Assembly (NCBI GenBank): GCA_964234715.1
Contig: OZ174275.1
DNA length: 64,000 bases
From: Podarcis melisellensis
Taxonomy: Eukaryota
Strand: one strand, 5' to 3'
Position 1 is the stretch's first letter, and every line of letters begins with the position of its first letter. A program made the position numbers and the translations under genes. Of the stretch, positions 60,452-64,000 are shown one piece after another. The notes under the pieces were generated by a model, which was given only the letters and a program-made list of their open reading frames with translations, was not told the DNA's origin and searched no databases.

Positions 60452-60739
60452 ATCTGATCATACCACCTAAATTCACCAAAAAGCTAAAGAAAATGGATAG
60501 CATTAAGGGCTCTTTTGTTCACCTTGAGTGTATAGTGTCTGGTTCACATCCAATAAGTATCCAGTGGTACAAGGATGGCCAAGAGATAACTGCTAGCGAA
60601 AAGCACAAGTATTCTTTCCATGATAACATGGCATTCTTGGAGATCAACCAGCTTGAAGGTGCAGATAGTGGATCTTATACCTGCGAGGCAACAAATAAAG
60701 CTGGAAGCAACCAGTGCAGTGCCCATTTAACCGTCAAAG
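60452..60739 (+). CDS. TTN: TTN exon 62, Ig I40
   Basis: TAG|ATCTG...AAAG|GTTTGG; 288 nt. Confidence 0.96.
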
Positions 60740-60871
60740 GTTTGGACATCTTGTACTTTTTCTCCTAGGCGGCAGGCTTATTTGCCACATCGCTTTGATT
60801 CTGGTTTTTGTTTATCATTCCAAAATGAATGACCTCCCTCTTTTCCTGGTCTTTCTCCCCACTCTTTGTAG

Positions 60872-61150
60872 AACCCCCATGCTTTGTTGAAAAGCCACAG
60901 TCACAAGATGTGGTACCAGCTGCCAGAGTCCAACTCAAAGCTCTCGTGAGCGGCACGCCTCCCATACAAATAAAGTGGTTCAAAGATAGCAAAGAACTCC
61001 TTTCGGGAGCTTCTCGCTCAGTTTACAAAGATGACACTTCAAGTGTGCTGGAACTCTTTTCGGCCAAGACGTCTGATTCAGGGAACTATATCTGCCAATT
61101 AAGCAATGACGTCGGGACAACAACCTGCAAGGCAACTCTTTTTGTGAAAG
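60872..61150 (+). CDS. TTN: TTN exon 63, Ig I41
   Basis: TAG|AACCC...AAAG|GTCTGC; 279 nt. Confidence 0.96.
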
Positions 61151-61195
61151 GTCTGCACTTTTACATCCCGGGTTATCAGTTGCGATTTATGCAGC

Positions 61196-61277
61196 TCAAT
61201 CCTATGCATGTCTACTTGAGTGTAAGTCCCACTGTGTTAGATGGGGATTACAGTAAGTATGTGCATAGGATTGCAAT
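61196..61277. repeat. Short palindromic interspersed repeat (CAATCCTATGCA...TGCATAGGATTG)
   Basis: Self-complementary ends; degenerate relatives near 26550, 42860-43005, 52047 and 56540. Confidence 0.65.
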
Positions 61278-61358
61278 CTACCTTAGTTTTTTTGGTTGGT
61301 TTGTGTTTTTTAAAGCCAATTACTATTTTCTAAATAATTATTTTTAATTTTATTTTAG

Positions 61359-61640
61359 AGCCCCCTAGGTTTCTTCAGAAGCCTAGCCCTGTAGTAGCTT
61401 TGAGAAAAGGACAGTCTACCACTTTTGAATGCCAGGTAGCGGGTACACCGGAAATCCGTGTCCTTTGGTACCTTGATGGGAACGAAGTGCTGGACCATGC
61501 TAAATATGGAGTCTCGTTTGTAGACAACATGGCGACTTTTAAAGTTTCCAATGCTAAAGTGGAGGATAGCGGGACTTACATCTGCGAGGCCCGCAATGAC
61601 GCAGGTAGTGAGAGTTGCAGCATTGAACTGAGAGTGAAAG
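61359..61640 (+). CDS. TTN: TTN exon 64, Ig I42
   Basis: TAG|AGCCC...AAAG|GTTAGT; 282 nt. Confidence 0.96.
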
Positions 61641-61737
61641 GTTAGTTGCTAAGAATGTCTTTTCCAGTTCCTTCAGCCATGCGGTTGGGTTCCTCCCCTT
61701 ATTTCTGAGGTTGCTTTGTTTTCTTCTACTACTTTAG

Positions 61738-62016
61738 AACCTCCCACATTTGTGAGGGAGCTAAAACCTGTGGAAGTAGTAAGAACCTACGATGCTGTGT
61801 TAGAATGTGAAGTCACAGGGACTCCTCCGTTTGAAGTGACCTGGCTGAAGAACAACAACGAGATCCGAAGTAGCAAGAAATACACCATGACTGATCAGCA
61901 ATCTGTTTTTGCCCTTCATATCATGAACTGTGATGTTCAGGATGCTGGCGAATACCAGTGCATTATTTCAAATGAAGGGGGCAGCTGTTCCTGTAGCACA
62001 AAAGTCAGTTTGAAAG
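61738..62016 (+). CDS. TTN: TTN exon 65, Ig I43
   Basis: TAG|AACCT...AAAG|GTCAGT; 279 nt. Confidence 0.96.
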
Positions 62017-62143
62017 GTCAGTTCAGTAATCATAGTAGGGAAAAAGCCTAAGAAACGTTCCGTTTGTTCTCTCACCTCCTTTAGCAAATTTTAAACCTTA
62101 CCCAGGTTTCATTCCGGCTTTTTTATATTTTTAATAAACACAG

Positions 62144-62422
62144 AACCCCCATCCTTCATCAAGAAGTTAGAAAACGTCCATGCTGTTTTGAAGAGCTCTG
62201 CTGTATTTCAATGCACTGTGGCTGGTTCTCAGCCTTTAACAGTGTCTTGGATAAAAGACGAAAGAATCATCGAAAACGATGACAGCTTCCACATTACATT
62301 TGAAAACAATGTGGCGAGACTGAAGATCAGGCATGTTGACCTCGGTCACAGTGGGAGATACACTTGTCAGGCAAAGAATGAGTCAGGAGTTGAGAAGTGT
62401 TTCGCTTTACTTTTAGTGCAAG
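62144..62422 (+). CDS. TTN: TTN exon 66, Ig I44
   Basis: CAG|AACCC...CAAG|GTTTGT; 279 nt. Confidence 0.96.
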
Positions 62423-62521
62423 GTTTGTGAGTTTTGATTCCTATTTTGATTCCTCAGTAAGCACCAGTCTTCTGCCTCATCAGAAGACTTCAATATATTT
62501 GTGTTTCTATTCTTACTCCAG

Positions 62522-62800
62522 AACCTGCTCAGATCATAGAAAAAGCTAAATCAATTAAAGTTACGGAGAAAGACCCAGTCACTCTAGAATGCACTGTGGC
62601 TGGAACACCAGAACTTCAAGTAAAATGGTCCAAAGATGGCAAACAACTCATGCCCAGTAGATATTACACCATGAGCTTTGACAATAATGTGGCTAGGTTC
62701 AGGATTGAATCCATTATGAAGGAGGACAGCGGCACATACACCTTTAAGGTCGAAAATGAGTTTGGAAGCAGCACCTGTGAGGCTACTTTGTCTGTACTAG
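62522..62800 (+). CDS. TTN: TTN exon 67, Ig I45
   Basis: CAG|AACCT...CTAG|GTTTGT; 279 nt. Confidence 0.96.
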
Positions 62801-62937
62801 GTTTGTATTTTGTTTGGTCAAAATGGAGCATGTTCTTTTTCAATCAACATTTTAATTGCCTGTGTATTTTTCATGAAGAAGAAAGAATAAAACAAGGAAT
62901 CTGATGCTACTTGCCTTCTTCCCTCCCTTCTGGGCAG

Positions 62938-63225
62938 ATCAAGCAATCCCTCCTTCGTTTACCAAAAAATTGCCAAAAATGGATAAAATTCTGGGATCAT
63001 CTATTCATATGGAGTGCAAAGTCTCTGGCTCACTCCCAATTACTGCAAAATGGTTTAAAGATGGAAAAGAGATACCCGAGAGTGCAAAATACAGGCATCT
63101 GTGCCACGAGAACACTGTATCGCTCGAGGTTAATTACCTAGAGTTGACAGATTCTGGAAATTATACTTGCAGCGTAACAAATGTTGCAGGAAGTGACTCA
63201 TGTAGCGCCGTCTTAACTGTGAAAG
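62938..63225 (+). CDS. TTN: TTN exon 68, Ig I46
   Basis: CAG|ATCAA...AAAG|GTTTGG; 288 nt. Confidence 0.96.
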
Positions 63226-63465
63226 GTTTGGATTTCTATCTTCTTTCTATACACTGTATTAAAATATAAATCTTTTTCAACTTCACATCATTATCTTAAT
63301 ATCTTTGAATGTAGATCCCATTTAATGTTATCTATATGGAACCTTTCTTTTCTTATTAACTTTGACACATGTTTTATTTCTCTTTATTGGTTTGCTGTGG
63401 CTTGCCAGGCCATATTTCTTGCTCCGGAACCTAATTAGTTTTCTTTTGTTTCTTAAAACCTTTAG

Positions 63466-63744
63466 AGCCACCAAGCTTCTTGGTAAAACCAGAAAGTCAA
63501 TCAGCTATACCTGATTCAACAGTGGAATTTAAGGCATCTTTAAAGGGAACACCGCCTTTTAAAATAAAGTGGTTTAAAGAAGATTTAGAACTTGTGTCCG
63601 GACCTAACTGTTTATTTGGGATTGAAGGGTCAACTGGTTTCTTAAATCTTTATTCTGTGGATGTATCAAAAAGTGGAAACTATACTTGCCAAGTTTCCAA
63701 CGATGTTGGCAGCGATTCTTGTACAACCACACTGAGCATAACAG
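63466..63744 (+). CDS. TTN: TTN exon 69, Ig I47
   Basis: TAG|AGCCA...ACAG|GTGTGC; 279 nt. Confidence 0.96.
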
Positions 63745-63954
63745 GTGTGCTAATGTGTTCTGTGTTGCTCTTTTCTTAATTGTCTTCTGCAGTCTTTTGT
63801 GTAAATGTTTCTGAGTTACTTTTCTTCCTGCATTGCTAAAACTAGAAGTTAAGCGCCCTTTTAGATTTCTCTCCCCTCTTATTCTATATACCTTTCAACA
63901 CAATCCCTCTTTTCTTCTAATTTACCTTGCTTTCATTTTTCTTCCGTTTCCCAG

Positions 63955-64000
63955 AACCTCCAAAGTTCATTAAGAAGCTAGACCCGTCTAAAGTGATTAA
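63955..64000 (+). CDS. TTN: TTN exon 70 (3'-truncated by window), start of Ig I48
   Basis: CAG|AACCTCCAAAG; EPPKFIKKLDPSKVI. Confidence 0.93.

Larger units (their letters stand above)
1..64000 (+). other. TTN: Titin gene, internal segment (approx. exons 20-70)
   Basis: Spliced exons translate to titin I-set Ig domains, including the I1 sequence [24 protein letters not shown], plus novex-1/2/3 and N2B; exon lengths and phases join in frame. Confidence 0.99.

Overview
Eukaryotic genomic DNA from a squamate reptile, most likely a lacertid lizard (inferred from the Sauria SINE and Squam3-type SINE copies). The whole window lies inside the titin gene (TTN) on the + strand. It runs from the Z-disk/I-band junction (partial exon 20, Ig Z4) through the proximal tandem-Ig exons, the novex-1/-2/-3 exons and the cardiac N2B exon into the middle-Ig six-domain super-repeats (start of exon 70). 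I traced 52 coding exons by their splice sites and all join in frame. Exon numbers and domain names follow the human meta-transcript as I recall it, not a database search. Introns carry SINEs, L2-type LINE fragments, MITEs and microsatellites. Main observations: (1) an extra intact 522-nt novex-type Ig exon between novex-2 and exon 47; (2) a cryptic ~74-aa (222-nt) periodic repeat in an enlarged N2B 'unique' spring; (3) an enlarged novex-3 exon with tandem ERYSTPSE repeats and dispersed helical motifs; (4) a GC-AG intron; (5) uniformly non-consensus donors across exons 52-69; (6) a SINE-borne in-frame cryptic donor; (7) a candidate MITE-assisted antisense promoter.
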